This document shows positions 8,533 through 18,353 of a DNA stretch of 64,000 nucleotides, piece by piece (within the stretch, counting starts at the first letter, position 1; every line of letters starts with the position of its first letter). The notes beneath the pieces were generated by a model. It was given only the letters and a program-made list of their open reading frames with translations. It did not search any database and was not told the origin of the DNA. This DNA is from Candidatus Omnitrophota bacterium (GTDB lineage: Bacteria; Omnitrophota; Gorgyraeia; Tantalellales; Tantalellaceae), in assembly GCA_015231405.1 (NCBI GenBank), contig JADGBR010000010.1:14489-78488 (forward strand), in the 5' to 3' direction. The position numbers and the translations under genes were made by a program.

Positions 8533-9797
8533 TACTTCTCCTTTTTGAATTTCAGGATTTCCTCGGTCCGCTTTATCGAACAGAGATCCTCGCACATGGA
8601 ACAAACATCCTCTTCGCTGGGATTCGTCCTTTTCCTGACCATGAATGGCAGCTCAGGGTCTATCGCAAGCCTGAACTGCTCTTTCCAGTCCCTTCTTGCC
8701 CTGGCCTTTGATATATTGATATCCCGGTCTAACGCGGACTTTACCCCCTTAGCGATGTCGGCCGCATGGGCCGCGATCCTCGCCGCTATCACGCCCTGTT
8801 TTACCTCACCAAGGTCCGGCAAACCGAGGTGTTCGGCGGGCGTTACATAACAAATGAAATCCGCGCCGTGCCAGGCCGCTATGGCACCTCCGATAGCGGA
8901 AACAATATGGTCGTAGCCCGGCGCAATATCAGTCACAAGCGGACCAAGTACATAGAACGGGGCCCCGTGACAAATGAGTTTTTCGAGTTTAACGTTGGCC
9001 TCTATCTGATCGAGCGGCATATGCCCCGGGCCCTCTATCATGACCTGAACCCCGGATCCGAGAGCTCTTTTTTGAAGGTCTCCCAAAACCAGAAGTTCCG
9101 ATATCTGGAGATGATCCGTAGCGTCCCGGACCGACCCCGGCCTCAAACTATCGCCTAAACTTAAGGTCACGTTATACTTTTTGAGTATCTTGAGCACATC
9201 ATCATAACGGGTAAAGTAGGGATTCTCCTTGTTGTTCATATACATCCAGGAGGCCAAGAGAGCCCCCCCCCGGCTGACAATGTTCATGATCCTGGGATTA
9301 TCCATGGCGTATTTCACTGCCTCGAGCGTTATGCCTGCATGTATGGTAAAGAAATCGACTCCTTCTTCGGCCTGCCCCTCAAGGATCTCTATGAAATCTT
9401 TTTCTCTGAGGGATTTAAAATCCCTATTGTCGCCGCAGGCCAGCTCATATACAGGTACTGTCCCGACCGGAACTGGCGAGTTTTCCAGTATCTTCTTTCT
9501 AACTTTATTCAGTAACGCTCCGGTCGAAAGGTCCATAATAGCGTCCGCTCCCGCTCCGATCGCTACCTCCATTTTTTTCAACTCTTCGTCCATCCCTGAA
9601 TGGCCTTTTGAAAGCCCGATATTCGCGTTAACCTTGGTCTTCAACCCTTCCCCTACCGCCATGGGACGATCGATCTTCCTCTTCAAGTTACAGGGTATGA
9701 CCACCCGGCCCTCCGAGACTTTCTTCTTAAGGACATCAGGCTCAACACCTTCCGTTAAGCATATGGCTTTAATAATTTCGCTGTTTATCTTCATCAT
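8532..9797 (-). CDS. thiC: phosphomethylpyrimidine synthase ThiC
   Basis: 421 aa with ThiC-like sequence throughout, including the C-terminal CSMCEDLCS cluster motif. Confidence 0.9.
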   Translation of the reverse strand: MMKINSEIIKAICLTEGVEPDVLKKKVSEGRVVIPCNLKRKIDRPMAVGEGLKTKVNANIGLSKGHSGMDEELKKMEVAIGAGADAIMDLSTGALLNKVRKKILENSPVPVGTVPVYELACGDNRDFKSLREKDFIEILEGQAEEGVDFFTIHAGITLEAVKYAMDNPRIMNIVSRGGALLASWMYMNNKENPYFTRYDDVLKILKKYNVTLSLGDSLRPGSVRDATDHLQISELLVLGDLQKRALGSGVQVMIEGPGHMPLDQIEANVKLEKLICHGAPFYVLGPLVTDIAPGYDHIVSAIGGAIAAWHGADFICYVTPAEHLGLPDLGEVKQGVIAARIAAHAADIAKGVKSALDRDINISKARARRDWKEQFRLAIDPELPFMVRKRTNPSEEDVCSMCEDLCSIKRTEEILKFKKEK

Positions 9798-10231
9798 TTA
9801 TGGAGGTCCCTGACCGCGGTCTTTTCTATGGAATATAAACTGAACCTGAATTTCTTGAATTGCTCCGAAAGCCGGCCGTCGAAAAGCTTCAGCACTTCCT
9901 CCAGCACGCGCAGTGATTCCTTACCCCTCTGGCTGTTGGCAAGGAATAAATCCACCAGGCCCTTTCTCTTTTTTTCGGACACTATACTTTTCTTCCCGAT
10001 ATCCATATGGACATCCCTCGAAGAAACAAGCTCTTCAAGATGATCCTCACGCAGCTTCTTGATCGCCGAGTATACGGAATGCCTTAAGGATTTCAATTTT
10101 GCCGTGCCCTTAGCGTCATCGGCCGAAAAACGGAGTATATCCTCGCAAACCCTCATACCTTCCATGACCCTGTTAAAATTTGCGTCTATTATCCTGTATA
10201 CGCCTTTATCTACAACTTTATCCACAACCAT
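9794..10231 (-). CDS. hypothetical protein, thiC-coupled (possible thiamin-related small protein)
   Basis: 145 aa with a 4-nt overlap with the thiC start. The N-terminus VYRIIDANFNRVMEGMRVCEDILRF resembles N-terminal extensions seen on some ThiE-like proteins. No assignment possible. Confidence 0.4.
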   Translation of the reverse strand: MVVDKVVDKGVYRIIDANFNRVMEGMRVCEDILRFSADDAKGTAKLKSLRHSVYSAIKKLREDHLEELVSSRDVHMDIGKKSIVSEKKRKGLVDLFLANSQRGKESLRVLEEVLKLFDGRLSEQFKKFRFSLYSIEKTAVRDLHK

Positions 10232-10261
10232 ATCCTTTTACGCCTTGCCGCAAATCCGGGG

Positions 10262-10732
10262 CTACTCCCTCATCTTTTGAATGATCCCCGTAGTCGAGTA
10301 CCCGTCCACATAGGGAACAATAACAACATCGCCTCCGTTCTCTTTGACATAACCTGACCCCACGACGGTTCCGGATGTCCAGTCTCCGCCCTTAAAAAGA
10401 ATGTCTGGGGTTATAGCCTTTATAAGTTCAAGGGGCGTATCTTCAACGAATATCACGACAAAGTCAACGCATTCCAGGGCCGCCAAAACCCGCGCCCTTG
10501 CCGATTCGTTATTTATAGGCCGTTCCGGACCCTTCAGGCGTTTTACCGATGCGTCGCTGTTGACCCCCACCACAAGTTTGCCGCATTTTTCACGCGCGCC
10601 GGCAAGATACGTAACATGCCCGACATGTAAAATATCAAAACAGCCGTTAGTGAAACCGACTGACACGCCATTGACTTTTAAAGCCTTGACGAGCCCGGCA
10701 AGTTCCTCGCGTGTTTTAATTTTTGACGTCAT
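10262..10732 (-). CDS. hldC: D-glycero-beta-D-manno-heptose 1-phosphate adenylyltransferase (RfaE domain II-like cytidylyltransferase)
   Basis: 156 aa with the nucleotidyltransferase motif GCFDILHVGH and overall RfaE-II likeness. Confidence 0.75.
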   Translation of the reverse strand: MTSKIKTREELAGLVKALKVNGVSVGFTNGCFDILHVGHVTYLAGAREKCGKLVVGVNSDASVKRLKGPERPINNESARARVLAALECVDFVVIFVEDTPLELIKAITPDILFKGGDWTSGTVVGSGYVKENGGDVVIVPYVDGYSTTGIIQKMRE

Positions 10733-10742
10733 AAAAAAGAGA

Positions 10743-11315
10743 TCACACGAATTTATCGTCGATCAGCCGGCACAAAGCGTGTATAACAATAATGTGGACT
10801 TCCTGTATTCTCGCCGTAACAGAAGATCTGACAAGGATCGAGAGGTCCGCGATATCCTTAAGTTCGCCTCCGTCCTTTCCGGTCAGAGCTATGACCGTCA
10901 TCCCGGCCTTTCGGGCGGTTTTGACCGCACCTATCACGTTCGGGGAATTACCGCTCGTCGAAATGGCAAGGACCGCGTCCCCTTTTACACCGAGGGCCTC
11001 GACCTGGCGGCTGAAAACACGGTCGAAGGAATAGTCGTTTGACATGGCCGTAAGATTGGAAGAGTTAGCCGAAAGGGCTATACAGGGAAGGGGCCTTCTT
11101 TCTTTCTCGAACCTCACCACAAGCTCAGCCGCGAAATGCTCCGAGTCACCAGCGCTCCCGCCGTTGCCCAAGGTCAATATCTTATTCCCGGCTTTAAGAC
11201 ACTTCACCATGATGTCAGCCGCCCTTAAAACTGAAGACATGGCTCCATCTTCCAGCATGAAAGCCGTGGACACCGCAACACTTTCTCTGAATATGTCCTT
11301 TATCTGGCTGTCCAT
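10743..11315 (-). CDS. gmhA: phosphoheptose isomerase (SIS domain)
   Basis: 190 aa with the SIS-domain motifs GNGGSA and ISTSGNS. True ATG at 11315. Confidence 0.85.
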   Translation of the reverse strand: MDSQIKDIFRESVAVSTAFMLEDGAMSSVLRAADIMVKCLKAGNKILTLGNGGSAGDSEHFAAELVVRFEKERRPLPCIALSANSSNLTAMSNDYSFDRVFSRQVEALGVKGDAVLAISTSGNSPNVIGAVKTARKAGMTVIALTGKDGGELKDIADLSILVRSSVTARIQEVHIIVIHALCRLIDDKFV

Positions 11316-11337
11316 ATGTTGTCTAATAACCCTTGAT

Positions 11338-11418
11338 CATAGAATATAGGATCCAGAATAAAGCAACAATAAGACATTCCATAATTCCATAATTCCGTAT
11401 TCTGGATTCTATATTCTG
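11338..11418. repeat. long imperfect inverted repeat (about 21-bp arms, 37-nt loop containing a CCATAATTCC x2 direct repeat)
   Basis: Left arm CATAGAATATAGGATCCAGAATA and right arm TATTCTGGATTCTATATTCTG, with one mismatch. It lies between gmhA and the Asp23-like gene. Confidence 0.7.
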
Positions 11419-11441
11419 CATTCTGTCTACAAATCCCGGCG

Positions 11442-12041
11442 CTAATACCTGTATGGTATCTCCGGGACTTCTTCCGAGTTTATCCCGTCGCGGGAATCCT
11501 TGGGACTAAGACTCCCCGTGATCTTACTGACCCGTATCATGAGATCGATGCTGCCTTCAAGGCCAAGCATCCCCTGGACCTTTCTCGTTACCCCGGACTG
11601 TATCTTCTCGGACACGTCAGGTATCCTTGTTCCGGCTCTCAAAACTACGTCGCTGACTATTTTCAGGCCTTTCCTTTTCAACCGTACCTTTGAACGTATC
11701 GTGCTGATCTCCGGAATATTTTTCGCGACTTTCTGGATATATTCCTCGACCGCGTAAACAGACACTATGACCTCACCGCCTGGATTTTTTAAAGTGATGA
11801 ACTTATCGGCCCTCATACCGGTCATTAGGCGGAAAGAAAGGACAACGCCCATAAGGATCAAAAGCGACCCAGCCAGATAAAGCGCGGCTTGTCCCTCTAC
11901 CCTCTCCGTAAAGATCCCGAACAGCTCGTTCCAAAGGTTTATCGAGATCTTCCCGCAGGAAAGGAGAACGAACGACGTCCCGGTCGCCACCATCACGCAC
12001 ATGAACACTAAAATGAATAACCTTTTTACGAACAGCATCAC
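11442..12041 (-). CDS. Asp23/Gls24-family envelope stress protein with N-terminal membrane anchor (AmaP-like)
   Basis: Two N-terminal TM segments. The Asp23-like core is GGEVIVSVYAVEEYIQKVAKNIPEI...IPDVSEKIQSGVTRKVQGMLGLEG. Confidence 0.55.
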   Translation of the reverse strand: MMLFVKRLFILVFMCVMVATGTSFVLLSCGKISINLWNELFGIFTERVEGQAALYLAGSLLILMGVVLSFRLMTGMRADKFITLKNPGGEVIVSVYAVEEYIQKVAKNIPEISTIRSKVRLKRKGLKIVSDVVLRAGTRIPDVSEKIQSGVTRKVQGMLGLEGSIDLMIRVSKITGSLSPKDSRDGINSEEVPEIPYRY

Positions 12042-12071
12042 GCTTCCTCCCCTAAGGGTCCAAGACCGAAC

Positions 12072-13421
12072 CTACACTTCGGTCTTGGGATAGAATTTTT
12101 CGACATAGTGCGTCGATATATCCCCATTCCTGAAATCAGTATCCTGGAGAACTCTTCTGTGAAAATCTATAGTGGTCTTTATCGGTGCTATGACAAACTC
12201 ATCAAGGGCCCGGAGCATTATATCGATGGCGTGGTCCCTCGTGTCAGAGAATGTTATAAGCTTTGCTATCATGGAATCATAATACGGGTTGATCCTGTAC
12301 CCGGGATAGACATGCGTATCTACCCTGACACCCAACCCTCCGGGAACATATAAAGATGTGATCTCCCCGGGACAGGGACAAAAATTATTGTCGGGGTCCT
12401 CGGCGTTGATCCGGCACTCGATGGAACTGCCCCTGAATTTAACGTCCTCCTGCTTGAACGGCAGTTTGGCCCCGGCGGCTATCTTTATCTGCTCTTTGAC
12501 TATATCTATCCCGGTAACCATTTCCGTCACCGGATGCTCTACCTGTATCCTGGTATTCATCTCCATGAAATAAAAGTTATTTCCGTCCACGAGGAATTCT
12601 ATGGTCCCCGCGCCCTGATAACCCACCACCTTAGCGCCTTCAACAGCCGCTTCGCCCATTTTCTTCCGCATAGTTTCAGAAAGGGCCTTGGACGGCGACT
12701 CCTCTATCAGCTTCTGGTGCCTTCTCTGTACTGTGCAATCCCTTTCCCCCAGGTGCACGACGTTCCCTTTCTCGTCGGCGAGGATCTGGAATTCTATATG
12801 CCGCGGCTGGTCGATATATTTTTCCATGTAAACGTCAGGGTTCCCGAAAGCCGCATCGGCCTCGCTTTGGGCTGTTAAAAAGGCACTGACAAGACGGACG
12901 TCGTTATGGCAAACCCTCATCCCCTTACCGCCACCGCCCGCGGAGGCCTTGATAATAACCGGATATTTTATCCTTTTAGCTTCTTTTAGCGCTTCTTCTT
13001 TCGACTTTATGATCCCCTTAGAACCGGGAGTGACCGGTATCCCGGCCTTTTCCATGGTATCTTTAGCGGTCATTTTATCGCCCATCATCCGCATATTCTC
13101 GGGGGTCGGACCGATGAACTTGATGTTGCAGGAACCGCATATCTCCGCGAAATGATCGTTCTCGGCAAGGAACCCGTATCCCGGGTGGATGGCCTCCACA
13201 TCGGTGATCTCGGCGGCGCTTATAATATTCGGTATATTGAGATAACTTTCAGACGCAGGGGCTTTCCCGATGCAGATAGCCTCATCCGCGAACCTGACAT
13301 GAAGAGACGACTCATCGGCTTCGGAATGCACCGCTACCGTCCTTATCCCGAGCTCCTTACAGGCCCGTATGACCCTTAAAGCTATCTCACCTCTATTTGC
13401 TATTAAGATCTTTTTGAACAT
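12072..13421 (-). CDS. accC: acetyl-CoA carboxylase biotin carboxylase subunit
   Basis: 449 aa. Starts [26 protein letters not shown], with an ATP-grasp domain and a biotin carboxylase C-terminal region. Confidence 0.9.
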   Translation of the reverse strand: MFKKILIANRGEIALRVIRACKELGIRTVAVHSEADESSLHVRFADEAICIGKAPASESYLNIPNIISAAEITDVEAIHPGYGFLAENDHFAEICGSCNIKFIGPTPENMRMMGDKMTAKDTMEKAGIPVTPGSKGIIKSKEEALKEAKRIKYPVIIKASAGGGGKGMRVCHNDVRLVSAFLTAQSEADAAFGNPDVYMEKYIDQPRHIEFQILADEKGNVVHLGERDCTVQRRHQKLIEESPSKALSETMRKKMGEAAVEGAKVVGYQGAGTIEFLVDGNNFYFMEMNTRIQVEHPVTEMVTGIDIVKEQIKIAAGAKLPFKQEDVKFRGSSIECRINAEDPDNNFCPCPGEITSLYVPGGLGVRVDTHVYPGYRINPYYDSMIAKLITFSDTRDHAIDIMLRALDEFVIAPIKTTIDFHRRVLQDTDFRNGDISTHYVEKFYPKTEV

Positions 13422-13429
13422 GTTCTCCC

Positions 13430-13885
13430 TTAAAGCGGCTCTATCTGGAAAAGCGCCTGCCCAAACTCGACGGGCTCGGCGTTCTCCGAAAGGATATTGA
13501 CGATCTTACCGTCAACCTCTGATTTAACCTCGTTCATGAGCTTCATAGCCTCAATTATGCAAATGACATCTCCTTTGTGGATGACATCACCGACCCTGAC
13601 ATAAGGGTCCGCCTCCGGCGACGGCGCCCTGTAAAAAGTTCCAACCATCGGGGCTTTGATCTCCGCGAGATTTGACGGCGCCTTATCGGCCTTACCCTGC
13701 GACGCTGCCGGCGCTGTCTGGAATTCGCGATGCGAAACGACGGGACCGGGAATCATCGTTTGTTCCACGACACCGTATGGCCTCTTTATGAACTTCACCT
13801 TGAGACCTTCCTGCTCGAGCTCCATCTCGTTAAGCCCGTAATCTGTCATCAACTGGATAAGTTCCTGGATACGTTTTGTATTCAT
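13430..13885 (-). CDS. accB: biotin carboxyl carrier protein
   Basis: 151 aa. C-terminal biotinyl domain with EAMKLMNEV. It lies immediately downstream of accC. Confidence 0.85.
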   Translation of the reverse strand: MNTKRIQELIQLMTDYGLNEMELEQEGLKVKFIKRPYGVVEQTMIPGPVVSHREFQTAPAASQGKADKAPSNLAEIKAPMVGTFYRAPSPEADPYVRVGDVIHKGDVICIIEAMKLMNEVKSEVDGKIVNILSENAEPVEFGQALFQIEPL

Positions 13886-13901
13886 CCGGCTCCTCCGTTA
13901 A

Positions 13902-14459
13902 TTACGCCCTTTCGATATACTCATCTTTGCGCGTATCTATCCTTATGAGATCACCCTGCTCCACAAAGAGGGGTACCTTTATTACTTTACCGGTCTCGAG
14001 AGTGGCGGGTTTCGTCGCGCCGCTTACAGTATTACCCTTGAAACCTGGCTCAGTCAGAACAACTTTCATTATCACATGTATCGGGACAGTTACGGTCAGT
14101 ATCTCCCCGTTGTAAATATTAGCCTGTATAGTGGTGTTATCCTGGAGATAATCCTTGGCGTCGCCTATTTTCTCCGGCGATATATGCATCTGCTCGTAAG
14201 TGGCCTCATCCATAAAACAATACCCCAAGTCGTCCTTGTAAAGATACTGCATCATTTTCTGATCGATATAGACATCCTCGAAAGTATCGTCCGGACGGAG
14301 GGTCTCGGTAATGATCGATCCGGAATTGAGGTTCCTCATTTTAGCCTTAACGAAAGCTCCGCCTTTGCCGGGTTTAAAATGGGAAGCGTCGATGATCTCA
14401 TGGAGTAGATTGTTGTATTTGATTATCGTCCCTTTGTTAAGTTGTTTAGCCGTTAACAT
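13902..14459 (-). CDS. efp: elongation factor P
   Basis: 185 aa, EF-P-like throughout (KPGKGGAFVKAKMRNLNSG). Confidence 0.9.
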   Translation of the reverse strand: MLTAKQLNKGTIIKYNNLLHEIIDASHFKPGKGGAFVKAKMRNLNSGSIITETLRPDDTFEDVYIDQKMMQYLYKDDLGYCFMDEATYEQMHISPEKIGDAKDYLQDNTTIQANIYNGEILTVTVPIHVIMKVVLTEPGFKGNTVSGATKPATLETGKVIKVPLFVEQGDLIRIDTRKDEYIERA

Positions 14460-15505
14460 ACTGAAAGCACCTCACATCCTTTCTGGTTCACCAGCACCAT
14501 GTCCTCTATTCTTACACCGCCAAGGCCCGGCACATAAAGGCCCGGCTCTATCGTTATGACCATGTTATTTTTGAGAACGCTGTCGTTCACGCCCGAGATA
14601 AAAGGCCGCTCATGAACATCCATGCCCAGCCCGTGGCCCAACCCGTGCGCCACGTATTTACCGAAATTGTTATCTATGAAATATTTATGAGACCGTTTAA
14701 CGAGCGAGGAGATCTTTATACCTGGCTTGATCATTTTGATCGCTTCGTCATGAACATGTTTGACAGCGTCATAGAGAGCGCTAATTTCGCGTTTCATTCT
14801 ACCGTTCGATAAAACTCTTGTCAAGTCAGAACAGTAATTGCCGGCGACAAGCCCGAAATCCAGGATGAGATGATCGTTCTTTCGGTACACTTTAGAGCCG
14901 GGTATCGCGTGGGGAAAAGCGCTGTTGGAGCCGGCGGCTGCTATAGTCTTGAAGGAGTTCGTATACCCAATTTCCCTTATGCGGCTATCTATCATGTGCG
15001 CGACCTCGACCTCAGTCATGCCTGTGGCGATGTTCTTAACCGCGAATTTCCAAACGGCGGATGTCAGCTTCGCGGCTTTTTTTATTAGGGTTATCTCGCC
15101 GTCATCTTTGATCTCTCTAGTCCGCCCGATGGGCTCTGAAGCGTCCACGAAGTCTACGCGGGGGGCCTCACTTTTCACGTTCATGAAAATATCCAGGCTG
15201 AAACTACCGTAATCGATACCGAGTTTTTTTACGCGAGCGTTCCTTATCCAGTCAGACAAGAAAGCGGCCTTATCACTGGACATTACGACCTCGATCGGCT
15301 GAGCTTTCAGTTCAGACGCGGCCAGGGAATGGTTCATCGTGTCGATCAGATAGACAGTCCTCTTCCCCGGCGTGACGATCAACATCGCCTTTTCACAGAA
15401 AAAACCCGCGAGGTAGACGATATCGGTACTTTTAGTCAGCACAGCCGCGTGAAGACCGTGCGATTTCATAGCCCTGGCAAATTTACTTAAGCGTTCTCTA
15501 TACAT
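14453..15505 (-). CDS. Xaa-Pro aminopeptidase (M24 family)
   Basis: 350 aa with the M24 metal-ligand motifs [13 protein letters not shown] and pita-bread fold signatures. Confidence 0.8.
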   Translation of the reverse strand: MYRERLSKFARAMKSHGLHAAVLTKSTDIVYLAGFFCEKAMLIVTPGKRTVYLIDTMNHSLAASELKAQPIEVVMSSDKAAFLSDWIRNARVKKLGIDYGSFSLDIFMNVKSEAPRVDFVDASEPIGRTREIKDDGEITLIKKAAKLTSAVWKFAVKNIATGMTEVEVAHMIDSRIREIGYTNSFKTIAAAGSNSAFPHAIPGSKVYRKNDHLILDFGLVAGNYCSDLTRVLSNGRMKREISALYDAVKHVHDEAIKMIKPGIKISSLVKRSHKYFIDNNFGKYVAHGLGHGLGMDVHERPFISGVNDSVLKNNMVITIEPGLYVPGLGGVRIEDMVLVNQKGCEVLSVC

Positions 15506-15939
15506 GATCTTTCCTTCAACATCATTCGAAGCGCATCAAAACCCAGCACATAGCTCTCCCTGCCGAACCCGCTTATCTGGCCTGTCACAACAGGCGCGAT
15601 CAAAGATTTGTGCCTGAATTCTTCCCTGGCGTAGATATTGGACAGATGGACTTCAACGGTCGGAAGTCTTTTAGCGGACAGGGCGTCCCTGATAGCGATA
15701 CTGGTATGGGTATACGCGGCTGGATTTATAAGGATCCCGGACGCGTCAGTATCGCGTATTTTGTCAACTATATCACCCTCGTGGTTAGACTGGAACGTCT
15801 CGATCCCTACACCGGTCTCTTTCGCCTTTGAGATAAGGACGCTATTGATATCGTCGATGGTCTCGGCGCCGTAAATATCCTTCTCCCTTTTCCCGAGGAG
15901 GTCAAGGTTCGGACCGTGAATAACTATTATCTTTTTCAT
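15487..15939 (-). CDS. aroQ: 3-dehydroquinate dehydratase, type II
   Basis: Start taken at the internal ATG at 15939 ([16 protein letters not shown], the type II DHQase hallmark). The upstream part of the track ORF is occupied in another frame by the Trm112-like gene, and the junction is ATGA. Confidence 0.85.
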   Translation of the reverse strand: MKKIIVIHGPNLDLLGKREKDIYGAETIDDINSVLISKAKETGVGIETFQSNHEGDIVDKIRDTDASGILINPAAYTHTSIAIRDALSAKRLPTVEVHLSNIYAREEFRHKSLIAPVVTGQISGFGRESYVLGFDALRMMLKERSCIENA

Positions 15940-16112
15940 GTTCTCCCTTCCTTTCCGGGCAATATCGCCTCGTCTATCAGCATTACCGGTATATCGTCCT
16001 TGACCGGGTACTTCCTGCCGCATTTAACGCAGACTATGTATTCACCTCTAAGCTCAACATCGGTCTTACATAAAGGGCACGCTAGTATTTTCAGCAATTC
16101 CTGACTGATCAT
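15936..16112 (-). CDS. Trm112-like / UPF0434 small zinc-ribbon protein (not in ORF track, 58 aa)
   Basis: Hand translation gives [58 protein letters not shown]. It has CPxC..C..CG motifs and the family-typical DGIPVML. A GGAGG SD sits 8 nt upstream. The stop overlaps the aroQ ATG. Confidence 0.6.
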   Translation of the reverse strand: MISQELLKILACPLCKTDVELRGEYIVCVKCGRKYPVKDDIPVMLIDEAILPGKEGRT

Positions 16113-16163
16113 ATTTTCCCCTCCTCGGCATTTGAAATATTCGTTCCACCCGCGTCCTTCTTT

Positions 16164-17111
16164 TTACGCACTGTTACCCAATAAAAATATACTCCCCCCC
16201 CCAAGAAAACTGATGCAAATAAGCCCGAATAAGTGGAGTATGCTGGCCGCAAATGCCGCCTCCTTACCCACAAAAGGCGCGAAAAGGGCAACCATAGCCC
16301 CCTCCCTGACGCCTAACCCACCTATCGAAGGCACCATACTTATAAAAACAACGATAGGCATCAGCAGAAAGACCTGTCCCAGCCTTATGTCCGTCCCCAA
16401 TGCGACCAGAAAAAGATAGATCGCGTAAAAGAAAAGACACTGGTTAACGAACGATATAATGATAGCCTTCATGACAACATCAATGCGGTTGCGGTAATCA
16501 TGCACGATCTTATAAACGGAGTCCAGCTTATTCCCAAGGTCCCAGAGGCGAAAACGGACAAAAGTCTTTTCCATCAATTTCGCGATTCTCATGCTTGTCA
16601 CTGCCATAAAGATCAGGACGCCGACGGCTATTAACGAAAAAACGACAGGCCTTAACAAGGGGATCTGGGTCTTTCCCTTGTCAACAACGAGCGCTATACC
16701 CGCGAACAGCAGAAAAGAGTATAGACCTATTAACCTGTCCATAAGAACGCTGGCATAGGATCTTATGCGCTCCTCCTTGGATTTCACCGACAGATGGGCT
16801 TTCACAATATCCCCGCCTACTGAAGTCGGCATGAAATTATTAAAGAAATAACCCATCCAGGTCAACTCCAGCGACTCAATGAACGATAATGAAAGATTTT
16901 CTCCCTCAAATACAACTTTCATCCTGAGAGCCAGCCATACCGTCAATACAACGAAGATAGCCATAGCTACGCCTATGGTCTCCTTATTAGCCGCGGCCAG
17001 TACCATCTTTATCTCAGAAAAATCCTTCCTCAATATCCAGGCGAGAGCACCGAGAAGACCGAAACTCACCAACAACCTTAGGATCACCGACAACTTAGCA
17101 TTCTTCCCCAT
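16164..17111 (-). CDS. flippase-like / lysylphosphatidylglycerol-synthase TM-region family membrane protein (UPF0104)
   Basis: 315 aa, polytopic. The motif FFNNFMPTSVGGDIVKA matches the conserved core of the PF03706-type TM domain. Confidence 0.55.
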   Translation of the reverse strand: MGKNAKLSVILRLLVSFGLLGALAWILRKDFSEIKMVLAAANKETIGVAMAIFVVLTVWLALRMKVVFEGENLSLSFIESLELTWMGYFFNNFMPTSVGGDIVKAHLSVKSKEERIRSYASVLMDRLIGLYSFLLFAGIALVVDKGKTQIPLLRPVVFSLIAVGVLIFMAVTSMRIAKLMEKTFVRFRLWDLGNKLDSVYKIVHDYRNRIDVVMKAIIISFVNQCLFFYAIYLFLVALGTDIRLGQVFLLMPIVVFISMVPSIGGLGVREGAMVALFAPFVGKEAAFAASILHLFGLICISFLGGGSIFLLGNSA

Positions 17112-17150
17112 CTTTCTCCTGACGTTTAGCGGACCATAACGGGGCCGGGG

Positions 17151-17951
17151 TCAAGTTATGACCATTCCGGCATATCCTACCACCTCGGAAATATCCCCGG
17201 TCCGCGCGCCGCTATCGTCGTATTCTATCAGCCTGGCCCGGCAAGCTCCAAGAGCCTTTGCCGAAAACAACATGATAGCCGCGGGTATCACTCCGCACAT
17301 GGATATCTCCTTACCCACAACTGTTCTTATCAAGCCTTCCGGGTCGAGTTTCTCGATACACTCTATCGCGAGCTTATCTTTTTTTGAAGCGGATGCTCTC
17401 GATTCATAATGGCTCATATCGCTCGACGCGATAACGGCAATATCACGTCCAGTTTTAGCAGCCGCTTCGTTTATAGCCAAGGCGATATCCTCTAGCTCCG
17501 CTATCGAACCCATTTGCGCGCAGATGGCGACCATACGGGAGTCTTCAAACTTCGCCTTCAGGAACGGGAGCTGGACCTCTATGGAATGTTCCCTGGCATG
17601 AGCCTTTTCGTCGATCTCAAGTATATCCGAAATTCCGGACAAGATCTCTACGAATTCTGAGTCAGCCGTTAACGTGCCCAATGGAATACGCCATGACTCA
17701 GCGCTCAAGGCGAACCTCTTGCCGTTACCCGTGTGATTCGGACCTAATATAACAAATGTTTCTTTTTCTTCAAGCGAAGAGATCGTCCTGCCTGCGACGC
17801 CTCCCGAATAGATATACCCGGCATGGGGTGAAACCGCACCTTTCGCGTCGTATCCAGTCACCTGATGGGACATGAGTTCCTCGACCAGGGCGTACAACTC
17901 CGTCTTGCCTGATGGATAAAAACTTCCAGCGAATACCGGTTCTCTTGTCAT
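17151..17951 (-). CDS. MEMO1-family protein (AmmeMemoRadiSam system protein B)
   Basis: 266 aa with the hallmark motifs AGSFYP, SPHAGYIYSG and GPNHTG. Confidence 0.75.
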   Translation of the reverse strand: MTREPVFAGSFYPSGKTELYALVEELMSHQVTGYDAKGAVSPHAGYIYSGGVAGRTISSLEEKETFVILGPNHTGNGKRFALSAESWRIPLGTLTADSEFVEILSGISDILEIDEKAHAREHSIEVQLPFLKAKFEDSRMVAICAQMGSIAELEDIALAINEAAAKTGRDIAVIASSDMSHYESRASASKKDKLAIECIEKLDPEGLIRTVVGKEISMCGVIPAAIMLFSAKALGACRARLIEYDDSGARTGDISEVVGYAGMVIT

Positions 17952-18036
17952 TATTTTCTTTCATCCGTTAAGATAGTAATTATAGGAATAAAAGGGGATT
18001 TAGGCAACTTGTATTTAGGCGGAACTAATAAATTAT

Positions 18037-18065
18037 TTGCTTTGAAAGAAAAACCATGCTAAATT
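18037..18065 (+). promoter_or_regulatory. sigma70-type promoter TTGCTT-N17-TAAATT, giving an essentially leaderless mRNA for the 18075 gene
   Basis: -35 at 18037-18042 and -10 at 18060-18065. The ATG at 18075 is only 9 nt after the -10, and there is no SD. Confidence 0.45.
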
Positions 18066-18074
18066 GCTCGGATC

Positions 18075-18341
18075 ATGAAAAGAATTATTCTGATCCTGAC
18101 CATACTGACCATCGGAGCACTGACATTTTCTGTTACTTGCAGGGTCTTTGACTCTTCTTTCGCCGATGCCACGATAGACTGGTTCGCTTTTCTTGCAGGT
18201 ATATTTCTTATTACCGAGGGTTTGTTCAAGATGCTTACCGACCGAAAAAAGATCCTATCGAATCAACTACTGCGCCTCTTTAGGATCATGATCGGCACCT
18301 GTGTTTTTACGATCCACCTTCTCCAGTTCATGCGCAAGTGA
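18075..18341 (+). CDS. small hypothetical membrane protein (3 predicted TM helices)
   Basis: 88 aa. It is the only convincing plus-strand gene in the first 62 kb, convergent with the pilin gene, and a shared terminator follows. Confidence 0.5.
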   Translation: MKRIILILTILTIGALTFSVTCRVFDSSFADATIDWFAFLAGIFLITEGLFKMLTDRKKILSNQLLRLFRIMIGTCVFTIHLLQFMRK

Positions 18342-18353
18342 ACAAAAAACAGA

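Noticed and set aside
9797-10261. TPP riboswitch upstream of thiC
   Set aside because: The region is protein-coding (the 145-aa ORF coupled to thiC), and the conserved CUGAGA riboswitch core is absent from the coding strand. See the finding on unusual regulation.
16109-16291. Track ORFs 16109-16291 (-), 58110-58454 (-) upstream part and 25369-25599 (-)
   Set aside because: These overlap better-supported genes or promoters (the Trm112-like and flippase-like genes, the mraZ 3' end, the pilT promoter) and begin at non-ATG codons. Only the 58110-58331 sub-ORF with its SD was kept, as a low-confidence feature.
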